Of a DNA stretch of 64,000 bases, positions 37,000-47,084 are shown piece after piece. How positions within the stretch are numbered: the stretch's first letter is position 1; each line of letters opens with the position of its first letter. The notes beneath the pieces are model-generated. The model did not search any database. It saw only the letters and a list, made by a program, of their open reading frames with translations, and was not told where the DNA came from. Both the position numbers and the translations under genes were made by a program. The DNA lies in IMG/VR virus record IMGVR_UViG_3300042988_000510, positions 26,101 to 90,100 of that record, one strand, 5' to 3'. This stretch comes from a virus.

Positions 37000-37204
37000 G
37001 CTTGAGCCCATTGCCGATTCTGCCCCTATCGAGAACCAGGACATCGCACTGGATGACTGGGCATCGGCCAAGTCTCGGTCGCTGGGTAAACGCGTCGAAG
37101 CCCTGGCGGCCTTCTACAAGCTGTGCCAGCAGAAGGGTGTGGGCCGGGCCACCCCGGAAAAGTTCGAGGCTGACTTCCAGGTCTTTCTGAAATCCCCTGC
37201 ATAA
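36971..37204 (+). CDS. Small pre-sheath protein
   Basis: Synteny; start 36971 or 36992. Confidence 0.65.
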   Translation: MAKEPIPMNELEPIADSAPIENQDIALDDWASAKSRSLGKRVEALAAFYKLCQQKGVGRATPEKFEADFQVFLKSPA

Positions 37205-37216
37205 CGGAGAACTATC

Positions 37217-38947
37217 ATGTCGGTATTTTTCAATGGGCGCTTGCTGGTCACCCCGACCGTCGAGAGCGCCATCTACGATCAGGGGATGGCGACCGCGTTC
37301 CCGGGCCGGGCTGGTAATGTCCTGGCGATTCTCGGCACGTCCGAGGGCGGCGCTCCCAAGACCCCGCTGTTTTTCGATTCTCCGGTTACCGCTCGCCGCA
37401 CACTGATTGGCGGCGATCTGATCCGTGCCGTCGAGTACGCATTCAACCCCTCTGCCGAGACAGGTTCGCCGTCACGGGTGGCGGTGGTGCGGGTTGAGGC
37501 GGCGGTTCAATCCTCGCTGATGCTCAAGGATGGCTCGAGCAACAACGTCATCGAGTTGAAGTCCGCCAACTACGGCGCCTTCACAAATGGCATCAAGGCC
37601 ACCATCGAGTCTGGCACCAGTTCTGGCAAGAAGGCGACGGTGCAATGGGAGTCGATGTACTTCTCGAAAGACAACATCGCTCGCACGCCCTTCACTGTTC
37701 GCTACTCCGGCGCCAATGCCACCGCGACGGTCACCGTCACCGCGACCACGCTGGTCCTGACTGCCGCAGCCACAGTCACGCTGACCCTTGCTAACTACCG
37801 ATCCGTTCGGGAACTGTGTGACGCCATCAATGCCCAGTCTGGCTACTCGGCGATTGCCTCCATGCCCAGCATTGCCGTGATTGGCACGCTGGACGGCATG
37901 GCTGCGACGTCGTGCAAGTCTACCGACCTGGCGATCAAGGCCGATCTGCAAGCCGTTGTTGACTGGTTCAACAGTGCGGCACGGGAACTGGTGACCGCCA
38001 CCCGGCAGACGGGCGCTCTCGCGGTTCCGGCCAACCTGACCGGCACATATCTGTCCGGCGGTTCCAACGGTTCCGCACCGACCAATGACGACTGGCAGGA
38101 CGCCTTCGATGCGCTCCAAGGCGCTGATGTGCAGTGGCTTGTTCCTCTGAGTGCCTCGGCCAGCATCTGGACCATGGCTGATGCCCACGCCCAGTTCATG
38201 TCGGGTCCTGGCAAGTCCGAACGCCGGGCCTTTGTCGGTGGCGACGTGGTGTCTGGCTCCCTGGATACCGCCATCAGCGACCACAAGGACAAGGCCATCG
38301 CGCTCAACTCTGACCGCACTGCCCTGGTGTTCCCACCGAAGCTGGATTACGTCGATGACGTGTTGACCACGTTGCCGGCTTACTTCACTGCGGCGCAGGT
38401 CGCTGGTGGGTTCTCGGCCATGAATGTCGGCAACACCATGACCAACAAGGTCATGACTCTGCAAGGCATCGATCCGGTGGTGACCAACCCCTACGATACC
38501 GACACGCTGATCAATTCCGGCGTGCTGACCGTCAAGAAAAGCCGGCGCGGCTACGTCGTGGCCAAGGCGGTTTCGACTTGGCTCAGCAATGCCAATTACA
38601 ACCGCGTCGAAATCTCGACCGGCTGGGCGCTGGACTATGTCGCTCGCACGGTGCGTGAGGCGCTGGAGACGTTCGTGGGCCGCAAGGCATCGCCGATCAC
38701 CCTGCACGAAGCCATCACCACCACCGACTCGGTGTTGCGTGAACTGGCGCGTCCTGAGCCGGTTGGTATCGGTGTCATCGTCGGCGACGAAGCCAGCCCG
38801 GCGTATCGCGGCATCACTGCCGAGATTCAGGGTGACATCCTCCGTGTCTGGTTTGAGTGCAGCCCGGTTATTCCGATCAACTTCGTTCTGGTCGGCATCT
38901 ACGCCAAAGCCTACAGCGGGCAGGCGACGGCTGTTTCCAACGGTTAA
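37217..38947 (+). CDS. Tail sheath protein
   Basis: ILGTSEGGAP, YLSGGSNG, WQDAFDAL, HAQFMS and PVIPINFV motifs. Confidence 0.92.
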   Translation: MSVFFNGRLLVTPTVESAIYDQGMATAFPGRAGNVLAILGTSEGGAPKTPLFFDSPVTARRTLIGGDLIRAVEYAFNPSAETGSPSRVAVVRVEAAVQSSLMLKDGSSNNVIELKSANYGAFTNGIKATIESGTSSGKKATVQWESMYFSKDNIARTPFTVRYSGANATATVTVTATTLVLTAAATVTLTLANYRSVRELCDAINAQSGYSAIASMPSIAVIGTLDGMAATSCKSTDLAIKADLQAVVDWFNSAARELVTATRQTGALAVPANLTGTYLSGGSNGSAPTNDDWQDAFDALQGADVQWLVPLSASASIWTMADAHAQFMSGPGKSERRAFVGGDVVSGSLDTAISDHKDKAIALNSDRTALVFPPKLDYVDDVLTTLPAYFTAAQVAGGFSAMNVGNTMTNKVMTLQGIDPVVTNPYDTDTLINSGVLTVKKSRRGYVVAKAVSTWLSNANYNRVEISTGWALDYVARTVREALETFVGRKASPITLHEAITTTDSVLRELARPEPVGIGVIVGDEASPAYRGITAEIQGDILRVWFECSPVIPINFVLVGIYAKAYSGQATAVSNG

Positions 38948-38960
38948 TAGCATTGCTCAG
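38946..38960. promoter_or_regulatory. Degenerate operator copy (AATAGCATTGCTCAG)
   Basis: Matches the first 12 positions of the palindrome; between sheath and tube. Confidence 0.4.
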
Positions 38961-38971
38961 GAGTAAACCAA

Positions 38972-39403
38972 GTGGCAACTGAACACAGAATAGTCAACTC
39001 GGGCAACCGAATTGAAATCCAGTTCGACGGCAAAATCGTCGGGCTGCTGCAAAACCTGCGCATGAGCGATGATTTCGGGCATGAGCCGGCCAGCGGTATC
39101 GGGGACATTCACGTCCAGGAATACGTTCCCGCCCTGGCGCGACATTCCTTGAGCGCGTCGACCATGGTCCTGTTTACCAAGAACCTCCGCGACTCGAATG
39201 TTTCGATGGAGAACGCTGACGCGGTGCTCAAGGGCATGGTCTATGACATCGTCGTCTACGGCCGTGATCCGAAAAACTCTGGGGTGCTGCGCAAGTACAT
39301 CAACTGCTCCTATACAGGCGGAGACGTCGAGGTCGCCAAGCATCAAATCGTGGTGGCCAATGCGCAGTTCGTGGCTCTTGACGTGAGCGGGACCAAAATC
39401 TGA
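38972..39403 (+). CDS. Tail tube protein
   Basis: Follows the sheath; GIGDIHVQEYVP; RBS AGGAG with GTG start. Confidence 0.88.
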   Translation: MATEHRIVNSGNRIEIQFDGKIVGLLQNLRMSDDFGHEPASGIGDIHVQEYVPALARHSLSASTMVLFTKNLRDSNVSMENADAVLKGMVYDIVVYGRDPKNSGVLRKYINCSYTGGDVEVAKHQIVVANAQFVALDVSGTKI

Positions 39404-39756
39404 TGCGTCCTGATACTCACGTTGTTGAAGTCGAGGGCGTCGGCTCGTTCGAGGTCCGGCGCCCGATCATGCGGACGGCTATCCGGATCGAGGTCGAGTA
39501 TTCCCGGCTCACTGAGGGCCTGGAGACCGTCCCGGACGAACTGTCCTTCCTGTGCCGCATCATGGCCTATCTCAAGGTCATGATTGTCTCGGGTCCGGAC
39601 GACTGGGATGTCGACAACTGCGACCCGTACACTGAGACGGAAGTCACCCGGCTCCGGGAGGTTTACGACGCGCTGAACGCGGCCGAAGCTCGATTTCGCA
39701 GCAAGTCAGACCCAAAGCCTCAAGCAGAGGGCGAGGGACCTCAGTCAGGCGATTGA
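39403..39756 (+). CDS. Tail assembly chaperone (G)
   Basis: Between tube and tape measure. Confidence 0.8.
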   Translation: MRPDTHVVEVEGVGSFEVRRPIMRTAIRIEVEYSRLTEGLETVPDELSFLCRIMAYLKVMIVSGPDDWDVDNCDPYTETEVTRLREVYDALNAAEARFRSKSDPKPQAEGEGPQSGD

Positions 39757-40012
39757 TTGGTGGTATCGGGATCGCTACCGGCTGACGGTCACTGATGGGC
39801 GGTATCTCGATGCCAGCTATGACGACATGCTGCTCGACTTCTGGGCCAACTACTATGCCCAGATGAAAGCCAGCGGCAAGGAGCAACTGTTCGAGAACGA
39901 TGATTTTGACCTGGACGTCAAGCGCATCATGGACGAACTGGAAGCTCAGGATGATGGTTGGGAGCCTGTCGAGGACTGGAGCCTGGACAAGCAAGGTCTG
40001 CTGGATGATTGA
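39695..40012 (+). CDS. Tail assembly chaperone extension (GT), probably reached by +1 frameshift
   Basis: The +1 frame is open 39677-40012 with no ATG before 39827; TTT-CGC at 39694. Confidence 0.65.
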   Translation, partial: FAASQTQSLKQRARDLSQAIDWWYRDRYRLTVTDGRYLDASYDDMLLDFWANYYAQMKASGKEQLFENDDFDLDVKRIMDELEAQDDGWEPVEDWSLDKQGLLDD

Positions 40013-40017
40013 GAAAG

Positions 40018-40042
40018 AGCCCCGCGAGTCGGGGCTTTTTTT
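40018..40042 (+). terminator. Intrinsic terminator
   Basis: AGCCCCG-CGAGT-CGGGGCT followed by a T run. Confidence 0.88.
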
Positions 40043-40043
40043 A

Positions 40044-40065
40044 TCGTGACGCGAAACTGTACCCA
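40044..40065 (+). promoter_or_regulatory. Late-promoter motif (TCGTGAC-GCG-AAACTG)
   Basis: Directly after the terminator; CAT at offset +20 to +22. Confidence 0.75.
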
Positions 40066-40085
40066 TCTCACTCCGGGACCATGAC

Positions 40086-43000
40086 ATGACGCTGAAAGTT
40101 GGCATACAGGCAGACGTTGATGGCGCGATCAGCAGCCTCAATAAGCTCAAGCGGGCGCTGGGCGAAGTTGGCGCGGCCGGCAAGAGTCTGAATGAGGTCG
40201 GCAAGCAGTTCAGCGGCGATGCCTACAAGAAACTGGGAGGGGTGGCCGACCATTTTGATCAGGTAAGCGACAACTTCCACGCTATGCGCCGTGATGCCGA
40301 AATGCGGCGCGTCACGTCCATGGCAGCCAGGCACGGGTTTAAGCAGGATGACCCACTGTCCTACGTCGAACACATCGCCGGCTTTTATGCCAACAAGCAA
40401 AAGGGTCAGGCGCTACAGTCCAAGTTTGCCCTGAACCTGGCCAATGGCCCGGGCGCCGGTTCCGTCATTGATGGCGCGAACATGGCGGCGCAGATGGGCG
40501 GCGGTGGTTCCGGTGGTGACAGCGGCGGGTCAGGTAGCAACGGAGCCTTCATTGCTCGCAACCTGAAATGGGCGGCCGGCGGCATGCTGGGTCTGGCTGG
40601 CATCAATTCGGTGCGGCAGATCATCGGTTCCGGCATGAATGACACCGAGGCACTGCGTAACAGTTCCGAGAGCATCTTCAAACGGGTTGGTACCGTTGAC
40701 TCATTTCAGCAGTTAGAGGTAGAGCTAAAACAGCTTTCCGAGGCGCTGCAACTCAGTTCGGTCGAAACAGCCAAGCTGGCCGACGACTTCATTAAGGCGT
40801 CTGGCGCCACCGGAAACTACCGCGAGCAAATGGCGCGGTCGGTGACATTCGGTCGCGGGCTTGGCATGGACCCAGGCATATCCTCCCGGCTGTTTGCGCA
40901 AGCCTCATTGAGCGGCTATGGCACTGACAAGTCGTCCCAACGTGAGTTTGCCGCGCTGCTGGCGCACACGATTGCATCCAGTCATCTGTTCGCTCGATCT
41001 GAGCAGATCATGGAGGATATGGTCGGCCATATTGGCGAAGTTGCGTCGCGGGAAGGTAGGACCGCATCGACCTCCGAGATGGGCGCGTATGGCTCCATTC
41101 TGGGTGCGCTCTACAAGAACCCGGCCATGGCGGGCGGCGGCGGGCAATCCTTCATGCAGGGGCTCAAGGGGTTAGGCACCGGCGGCGGCATCGACAAGGA
41201 GATGTTCGCATGGCAAGCCTTCGGCGGCTGGGCGAACAACGACTTCGTCAACATGCAGGCGATCCAGGATGCCAGCCTGTTCGCCACCCGCAAGGATATT
41301 TTTGGCTCCGGTGACGACGAGACCACCAAACTCGAGCAGATGTGGCCCGAGGTGCTGCGTCAGGCAAATTTCATCCCGGGCAAGTCTGGTCAGGACAAGA
41401 AGATCGCGTTCGTCCTCAAGCAGTTGACGGGCATGAATATGGGCCTGGGAGAGTCAGGGGTTCGTTTGCTCAATGGCGGCATGGGGCACTTCAAGGAATT
41501 CAAGGGTTGGTCCGAGGCGGCCACCCGCATGAAGCTCGACGACATCAACCCTGAGTCGTTTGGCGAACTGGCCAGGCTGTATGAGAACCGGGACATGGCA
41601 AGCTGGCGCTCGATTGCCGGCCAATATACCGCTGGCGGCAAGGTCAGTGGCAAGGACCTGGAATCACTCCAGAAGGCCATCGACAGCAAGGATGACAATG
41701 CCTTGCGCGAGATTTTGCCGGCCATCGTCGCCCGCACGGGGGCTCCGGAAACGCCGGCTGAGGCCGACCGTGAGGCCAAGGTCAGTTTGGAGAGGGCCAT
41801 TCAGAACCTGGTCGAGCCGATGACCGATCTGAAGACGACCATCCAGACGTTCCTCAACCGGCTACTGCCCGGCAATGCGGATGCCACATCGCCAATCCTG
41901 AACGACTTGGCTGATTGGGTTTTTGGTGAGGGCAGATCGCCCAGTGATGCCTGGAGTGACATCAAGAAGAACCTATTTGGCGGTGGGATTCCAGGGATAA
42001 GCGATGCAGGGGCATCCGCAGACATTACCCGATATCACAATGGTGGCATAGCTGGCCTGCGACCCGGGGAAGTGCCGGCCATTTTGGAGCAGGGAGAGAT
42101 AATCCTTCCAACTTACCTCACTGACGCTCAAAAAAAGATTCGCGGCCTCCGGAACAACAACCCGGGCAATATGGACCGCATCAAGGGGAGGCCATGGGAG
42201 GGTGAGGTACCTGGCGCTGACAGCCGGTTTGCGTCATTTGCGACGGCGGAACATGGCTTGAGGGCTGGAGCGAAAAACATTATTGCCAAAAAAAGGAGAG
42301 GCGTTAAAACATTAAAGGATTTGCTGTACATCTATGCGCCTCCGCATGAGAACGATACAGAGGCGTATATCAAGAAGGTTTCTGAAGCAACTGGAATTGA
42401 CCCAGCGACCGAAATAGACCTGGCAAACCGTGATGTGCTCTTAAAGCTATTGCCAGCCATCATTCAGCATGAAAACGGCATGCAGCCCTATCCGCAAGAT
42501 GCCATCACGGCCGGCGTGGATGCTGCGCTTGGCTTGAAAGATTTGCCTCTACCATCCGCAAGCAGCCCGCTGCGCACAGTAACAAGAGGGCGGGCGGGTC
42601 GACCAGACTACCAGCGACCTGGCATAGCGGGAAAGTCGGATGGATATGCACTGCCAAGCAATGTCAGGTTGACTGATCGGGCGGCGCAACGTGGTCTTTC
42701 TGGTGTCGACCCATTGGTTGTTCAATCCATTTTGGCTGCGGCGGGCAAATACCCGGGGCGGGTTGATATCTTTTCGTCAACCAGACCAAAGATATTAGCC
42801 AATGGCAAGCGCGACAAGGGCAATCACTCTGCTGGCTATGCCATCGATTATCGACTCTATGACGCGAACGGTAATGTGCTGCCGGAGCATAACGACCCAT
42901 TGCCAAAATGGCACGGTGGCGGTTCCAAATACGCACACATCTACGAGCGGTTTGCTCAGGACGCGGCAGCATGGGGCGAGCATGTAAGCCCAGGTTTTGC

Positions 43001-43421
43001 TGATGAAGTGCGCTGGGGCGGCAACTTCGGCGAGGGCGATTGGCAGCACTTTGACCGAATGCGGAAGTTTGGCCGAGGCGCGGCGCTTGGCGACTTAAAG
43101 CACGGGCGAAAACTCGCGCTTGGCGGTCAATCAAGCCCGCTTATCGGTGGTGATTGGGAATCACATTATGCTGCGGTTTATGGCGACCAAGCGCCTAAGA
43201 CCCCGACGGAGGCTGATAGGGCAGTGCGTGATGCGACGACACAGGCCCAGGCCAATGCCCGGGTTGACGGGCAGCACACTCTGGATATCGTCCTACGCAA
43301 TTCCGAGGGCAAGATGTTCTATACGCGGAAAGGCATGGCACTGTCCGAGCCAAAGGTGTTTGGGTCTGATGGTGAGCGCAAGGTCTGGAACGACACGGCG
43401 ATCATGCCGTCTGGCATCTAA
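40086..43421 (+). CDS. Tape measure protein with C-terminal cell-wall hydrolase-like modules
   Basis: Long helical Ala/Gly protein; YHNGG..GEVPAIL, RGLRNNNPGN and H..GYAID...RWGG..DWQHF motifs. Confidence 0.85.
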   Translation: MTLKVGIQADVDGAISSLNKLKRALGEVGAAGKSLNEVGKQFSGDAYKKLGGVADHFDQVSDNFHAMRRDAEMRRVTSMAARHGFKQDDPLSYVEHIAGFYANKQKGQALQSKFALNLANGPGAGSVIDGANMAAQMGGGGSGGDSGGSGSNGAFIARNLKWAAGGMLGLAGINSVRQIIGSGMNDTEALRNSSESIFKRVGTVDSFQQLEVELKQLSEALQLSSVETAKLADDFIKASGATGNYREQMARSVTFGRGLGMDPGISSRLFAQASLSGYGTDKSSQREFAALLAHTIASSHLFARSEQIMEDMVGHIGEVASREGRTASTSEMGAYGSILGALYKNPAMAGGGGQSFMQGLKGLGTGGGIDKEMFAWQAFGGWANNDFVNMQAIQDASLFATRKDIFGSGDDETTKLEQMWPEVLRQANFIPGKSGQDKKIAFVLKQLTGMNMGLGESGVRLLNGGMGHFKEFKGWSEAATRMKLDDINPESFGELARLYENRDMASWRSIAGQYTAGGKVSGKDLESLQKAIDSKDDNALREILPAIVARTGAPETPAEADREAKVSLERAIQNLVEPMTDLKTTIQTFLNRLLPGNADATSPILNDLADWVFGEGRSPSDAWSDIKKNLFGGGIPGISDAGASADITRYHNGGIAGLRPGEVPAILEQGEIILPTYLTDAQKKIRGLRNNNPGNMDRIKGRPWEGEVPGADSRFASFATAEHGLRAGAKNIIAKKRRGVKTLKDLLYIYAPPHENDTEAYIKKVSEATGIDPATEIDLANRDVLLKLLPAIIQHENGMQPYPQDAITAGVDAALGLKDLPLPSASSPLRTVTRGRAGRPDYQRPGIAGKSDGYALPSNVRLTDRAAQRGLSGVDPLVVQSILAAAGKYPGRVDIFSSTRPKILANGKRDKGNHSAGYAIDYRLYDANGNVLPEHNDPLPKWHGGGSKYAHIYERFAQDAAAWGEHVSPGFADEVRWGGNFGEGDWQHFDRMRKFGRGAALGDLKHGRKLALGGQSSPLIGGDWESHYAAVYGDQAPKTPTEADRAVRDATTQAQANARVDGQHTLDIVLRNSEGKMFYTRKGMALSEPKVFGSDGERKVWNDTAIMPSGI

Positions 43422-44809
43422 TGGCAGCCAAGATTCGGCATTACCGGCCCGACATCCGGATTATCGTCCGGCACTCGGTGCATATCGAGCAGCAGTTGGG
43501 TGACATCGGTTCGGTCACGATCAGCAAGAGCATCGAAGCGCCCTGCGGCGAGTTCAGTATCACGTTCCCGGATCACCCGTTCCATAACGGCACGGTGCCG
43601 ATCATTGGCGGGCCACTGATTGTCTCGCGGCGGTCGCTTTACGACATCCTCGACATCCTCGACCCCATCGAGATTCAGATGAAACGCTGGCAGGAGGAGG
43701 ACCCGACCGATCAGGACTGGGTCACTGTGCTGCGCGGTTTCGTCCGAGCGATTGGCCGGAATGAGGAAGTCGGCGGTGACGGCCGGGTGCAACGGTCGGT
43801 GGTGATTGCCGGCCAAGATTGCGGCGCGGCGTTCCTCATGGAGCAGTTGGGGCAGTACATCTCGATTGCCGAGAACCCCGGGAATACCTCGCCGACATGG
43901 ATGAAGTACCTCCAGGAGTTCGACCTCAGCCCAACCCCTATGGCGCTTGCGCCGTTTGTCTGGGATGTGGCTGAAAGCACCACCAAGGACATCATGGCTA
44001 CGGCCGGCTGGGCGTTCACACCCCTGCTTTATGTGGAAAAAGGCTATGCGCTGCCTTGGGTGGCGTTCAGTTCCGAGGGCTCGGTGTGGGAACTGATGAA
44101 ACGCTACTCGGCCGCGCCTTGGAACGAACTTTTCGTGCGCGAGGGCAAGAAGTCTCCCGAATTGGTGTTCCGCCCCACTCCGTGGGCGGATGCCACCGGC
44201 AGATGGCTGCCAGACACCAACCTGGACAGCGTGAGTTTCTGGGAAATACCCATGCGCAATATCATCGCCCTGTCCGCACACCGGGATGATGTGGATCAGG
44301 TCCAGCATGTCTTTGTGCAGAACGCCAACGACCATTTGAGCGCCGGCTATTACGTCTTGCTGGAAGGTCACGGTAATTTCAACGAGGAACTGCGACCAAA
44401 GTTCGGCGACCGCATTCAGACCGTACAGGAGTTTGTCGGCCCAGCCACATCGCCCATGAGCCTCCCGGAGCAGGAGCAGGAGCAGGCTTATATCGACTAC
44501 CACGCCTGGCTCATCGAGCGCACCGAGTGGCTGGTCAAAGCCGGTCAGGACGTCTACAAGCTCGAAAAGGGCTCCATCACGATTAAGGGTGATCCGCACA
44601 TCCGTGTGGGCGATTACATCTCCGTGCAGCGTGGCGCCATCCACTGGACCGGCTATGTTGTCGGGGTTTCGCACAAGTTCGCTCCCTACAAGAACTACTT
44701 GACGACCATCGATTACATCCGCTCCGACCAGTGGATTCAGCGGCAGAAGGTCCAGGAGCAGATCGGCGGCGCTGGCGTTTGGGATTTGGAACGGAAGCAA
44801 GAGGCATGA
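43421..44809 (+). CDS. Baseplate hub protein
   Basis: PWNELF, LVFRPTP, KGDPHIRVG and YVVGVSHKF motifs. Confidence 0.8.
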   Translation: MAAKIRHYRPDIRIIVRHSVHIEQQLGDIGSVTISKSIEAPCGEFSITFPDHPFHNGTVPIIGGPLIVSRRSLYDILDILDPIEIQMKRWQEEDPTDQDWVTVLRGFVRAIGRNEEVGGDGRVQRSVVIAGQDCGAAFLMEQLGQYISIAENPGNTSPTWMKYLQEFDLSPTPMALAPFVWDVAESTTKDIMATAGWAFTPLLYVEKGYALPWVAFSSEGSVWELMKRYSAAPWNELFVREGKKSPELVFRPTPWADATGRWLPDTNLDSVSFWEIPMRNIIALSAHRDDVDQVQHVFVQNANDHLSAGYYVLLEGHGNFNEELRPKFGDRIQTVQEFVGPATSPMSLPEQEQEQAYIDYHAWLIERTEWLVKAGQDVYKLEKGSITIKGDPHIRVGDYISVQRGAIHWTGYVVGVSHKFAPYKNYLTTIDYIRSDQWIQRQKVQEQIGGAGVWDLERKQEA

Positions 44810-45894
44810 TCAGCAATACCCAATCCACTAACACCCTGCGGCTGGCCAAGGTCACGCATGTGCATCCCGAGGGTCAGAAGCTCGAAGTCCTGTTCCTCGA
44901 TAACGGCGACTACGGTCGTGACGTGCAGGTCATGTCGCCCTATGCCGGTACGGACTTCGGTTTTACCGGTGGCATCCCGGCGCCCGAGGAAGAGGGCCAC
45001 GAACCAAATCGTCGAACCGATCCCAACAAGCGCGACATCATCGCGGTGATTGCCAACCTGCAGGGCCGGCACTTGTGCCTGGGTTACTTGTACCCACAAG
45101 TGACGCACATGGCCTTCACTAAAGACTCAGACAAAAACCGCATGATCGAGCGGCACACGTCGGATTGGTATCGGACGGTGGATGACGAAGGCAACATGGA
45201 TATGGTGCATCCGGCCCTGGCAGTAGCTTTTCCCACGACCTTTATTCGCATGGGTGTCGGGCCAATTCCGGCGGTTCTGACAGGGCGAGACTATGACGGC
45301 CGGTGGGCACTCAAGCGTAATTTGTTCATGCCGGCGATGATCACGATTGCCGCCCCGGCTGGAGTGTTGATTGCCGGCGGCGATGAAACTATTGAGCTGG
45401 GTGGCGCGGCCAGTTTTGCTGCGTCTGGTGCGGCATCTTCAGCGCCGGCTGGCGGCGCCATGCTCATGTCAGCCGAGGAGCCCGTTGATTGGATCGCGGC
45501 GGCGGCCCTAGCGGATGCCCCGGCCGAGTGCGTCGACGAGAACGAGAATAACATCTGTGACGATTTGGAGCGCCTCCGTGAGAGATATACGGTCGTGCTA
45601 CGCATGGGTTCAGGTGGCTGCTTTGTGCGCAGCAAACGACACAGCATAGACATAGCTGTGGACGAGTTAAAGCCAGCGTTCGTGTTCCGCACGAAAACCG
45701 GAACATTTTCGATCTCTGATGACCGCATCAGCGCCTATATCGGAGGGTCCTCCGGCATAAACATCGAGAAAGACCGCATCACGTTGCAGGTTGGCAACAC
45801 CAAATTGGAACTGACGGCGGACGGCATCACTACGACCGGCAACATGACCACCGAGGGCGTCCACACCGATGCCAACGGCGTTCATGCGTCGTGA
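44806..45894 (+). CDS. Baseplate spike (gpV-like)
   Basis: N-terminal OB-fold-like LAKVTHVHP, C-terminal beta repeats and HTDANGVH tip; RBS GAGG. Confidence 0.75.
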   Translation: MISNTQSTNTLRLAKVTHVHPEGQKLEVLFLDNGDYGRDVQVMSPYAGTDFGFTGGIPAPEEEGHEPNRRTDPNKRDIIAVIANLQGRHLCLGYLYPQVTHMAFTKDSDKNRMIERHTSDWYRTVDDEGNMDMVHPALAVAFPTTFIRMGVGPIPAVLTGRDYDGRWALKRNLFMPAMITIAAPAGVLIAGGDETIELGGAASFAASGAASSAPAGGAMLMSAEEPVDWIAAAALADAPAECVDENENNICDDLERLRERYTVVLRMGSGGCFVRSKRHSIDIAVDELKPAFVFRTKTGTFSISDDRISAYIGGSSGINIEKDRITLQVGNTKLELTADGITTTGNMTTEGVHTDANGVHAS

Positions 45895-45910
45895 CTGGAT
45901 ACTTAGGTCA
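45889..45910 (+). promoter_or_regulatory. Late-promoter motif (TCGTGAC-TGG-ATACTT), leaderless start
   Basis: ATG 45910 at offset +21. Confidence 0.75.
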
Positions 45911-46446
45911 TGGCAGCACTCATTCCAGCACCGTCACAGAAAGACCGCCCGGTCGGCTTGGTCGTGCTCGACACGGGGTTTGTCGGCATCCCGATCCCCT
46001 GGTTGTATCTGTTCTACCCGAGACCGGAGGATTTGCAGTACACGCATCCCAGCCGAGGAACCGTCATCCAGACCATGGACGGCGGCTTTGTCGATGACTT
46101 CGGTGAGGGCCTGACTGACATCATTGTCACCGGCAACACCGGCTGGAATGGCGGCTTGTTGCCTGGCGAGATCAAGTTTTACGCGCTCCGCGACATGGTG
46201 GTTATCCGCTATCACCAGATGCGCAAGGCCAAGGCCGATGCGGGCCTGCCGATTGACTCGGTCAAGATGTACTGGGCGGACACACTGAATCTTCTGGTCT
46301 ACGAGGTCTACCCGGTCAGTTTCACTGCCCGCAAGAATCGACAGAGACCGCTGCTCTACCAGTTCACGTTGCGATTGACCGGCCTGAACCGGGTCTTTGG
46401 CCTGGCCGATCTGATCCCGGGCGGGCTTGGCGGGATACCTACATGA
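45910..46446 (+). CDS. Baseplate/tube-initiator-like protein
   Basis: RPEDL..QTMDGGFVDDFG..GNTGW..RPLLYQF motifs. Confidence 0.75.
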   Translation: MAALIPAPSQKDRPVGLVVLDTGFVGIPIPWLYLFYPRPEDLQYTHPSRGTVIQTMDGGFVDDFGEGLTDIIVTGNTGWNGGLLPGEIKFYALRDMVVIRYHQMRKAKADAGLPIDSVKMYWADTLNLLVYEVYPVSFTARKNRQRPLLYQFTLRLTGLNRVFGLADLIPGGLGGIPT

Positions 46447-47084
46447 CGCCGGCTTACGCCACACTGTTCAACCCTTCGGCTGCGGCTGGCCTGGCTATTG
46501 CGCGGCTCCGGGAAACGGCGAACCTGCTCACTGCTGAGGGTATACGCGGCAAGGACCCCAGTTTTGAGGAGTGGGTGACCATTGTCGACATTGACCGGGT
46601 GTTGCCAGAGACGCCATCGCCAGGGCGCTTGGCGCCGCTGCTGCGGGCGGCTGGACGAGTGGCGACCTGTGCGGCTGTTTTGATTGACGCATCAAGTGAC
46701 TCCCTGAAAACGGGCAACCAGCAGTCATTGGAAACGGCGGCGGCTTTTGCTCGGGCTTCCTGTGTGCTGACGCAGACGCTGGCATCCCGCCAGTTAAATC
46801 TGCCATCCGACTTTGCCAACCTGTTTTCCGGGCTGGACGCTCAGCGATGGAGTCGGTGGTTGAGATCCGTGCACGCCGATATCAGCCTGTCTCTGCGGGA
46901 GCATTTGGCGGAACTGATGGTGGCCGACTGGACCGAGGACAGTCAGATGCGCAGCATCCGGGCCGACTCTGACGGATCGGCTGTTATAGCCATGCTATCC
47001 AATGACCCGATGCTGCATTCGTCATCCTGGGACGTCGAGTCATTGGCTGAACGGCTGGCGGCCGGTATCGAGGTGTCCCTGTGA
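46443..47084 (+). CDS. Hypothetical baseplate-region protein
   Basis: Coupled ORF. Confidence 0.7.
   Translation: MTPAYATLFNPSAAAGLAIARLRETANLLTAEGIRGKDPSFEEWVTIVDIDRVLPETPSPGRLAPLLRAAGRVATCAAVLIDASSDSLKTGNQQSLETAAAFARASCVLTQTLASRQLNLPSDFANLFSGLDAQRWSRWLRSVHADISLSLREHLAELMVADWTEDSQMRSIRADSDGSAVIAMLSNDPMLHSSSWDVESLAERLAAGIEVSL

Noticed and set aside
1959-44935. Additional TCGTGAC occurrences near 1959, 30079 and 44916
   Set aside because: They lie inside coding regions and lack the A/T pair at offsets +10 and +14, so they were not counted as promoters
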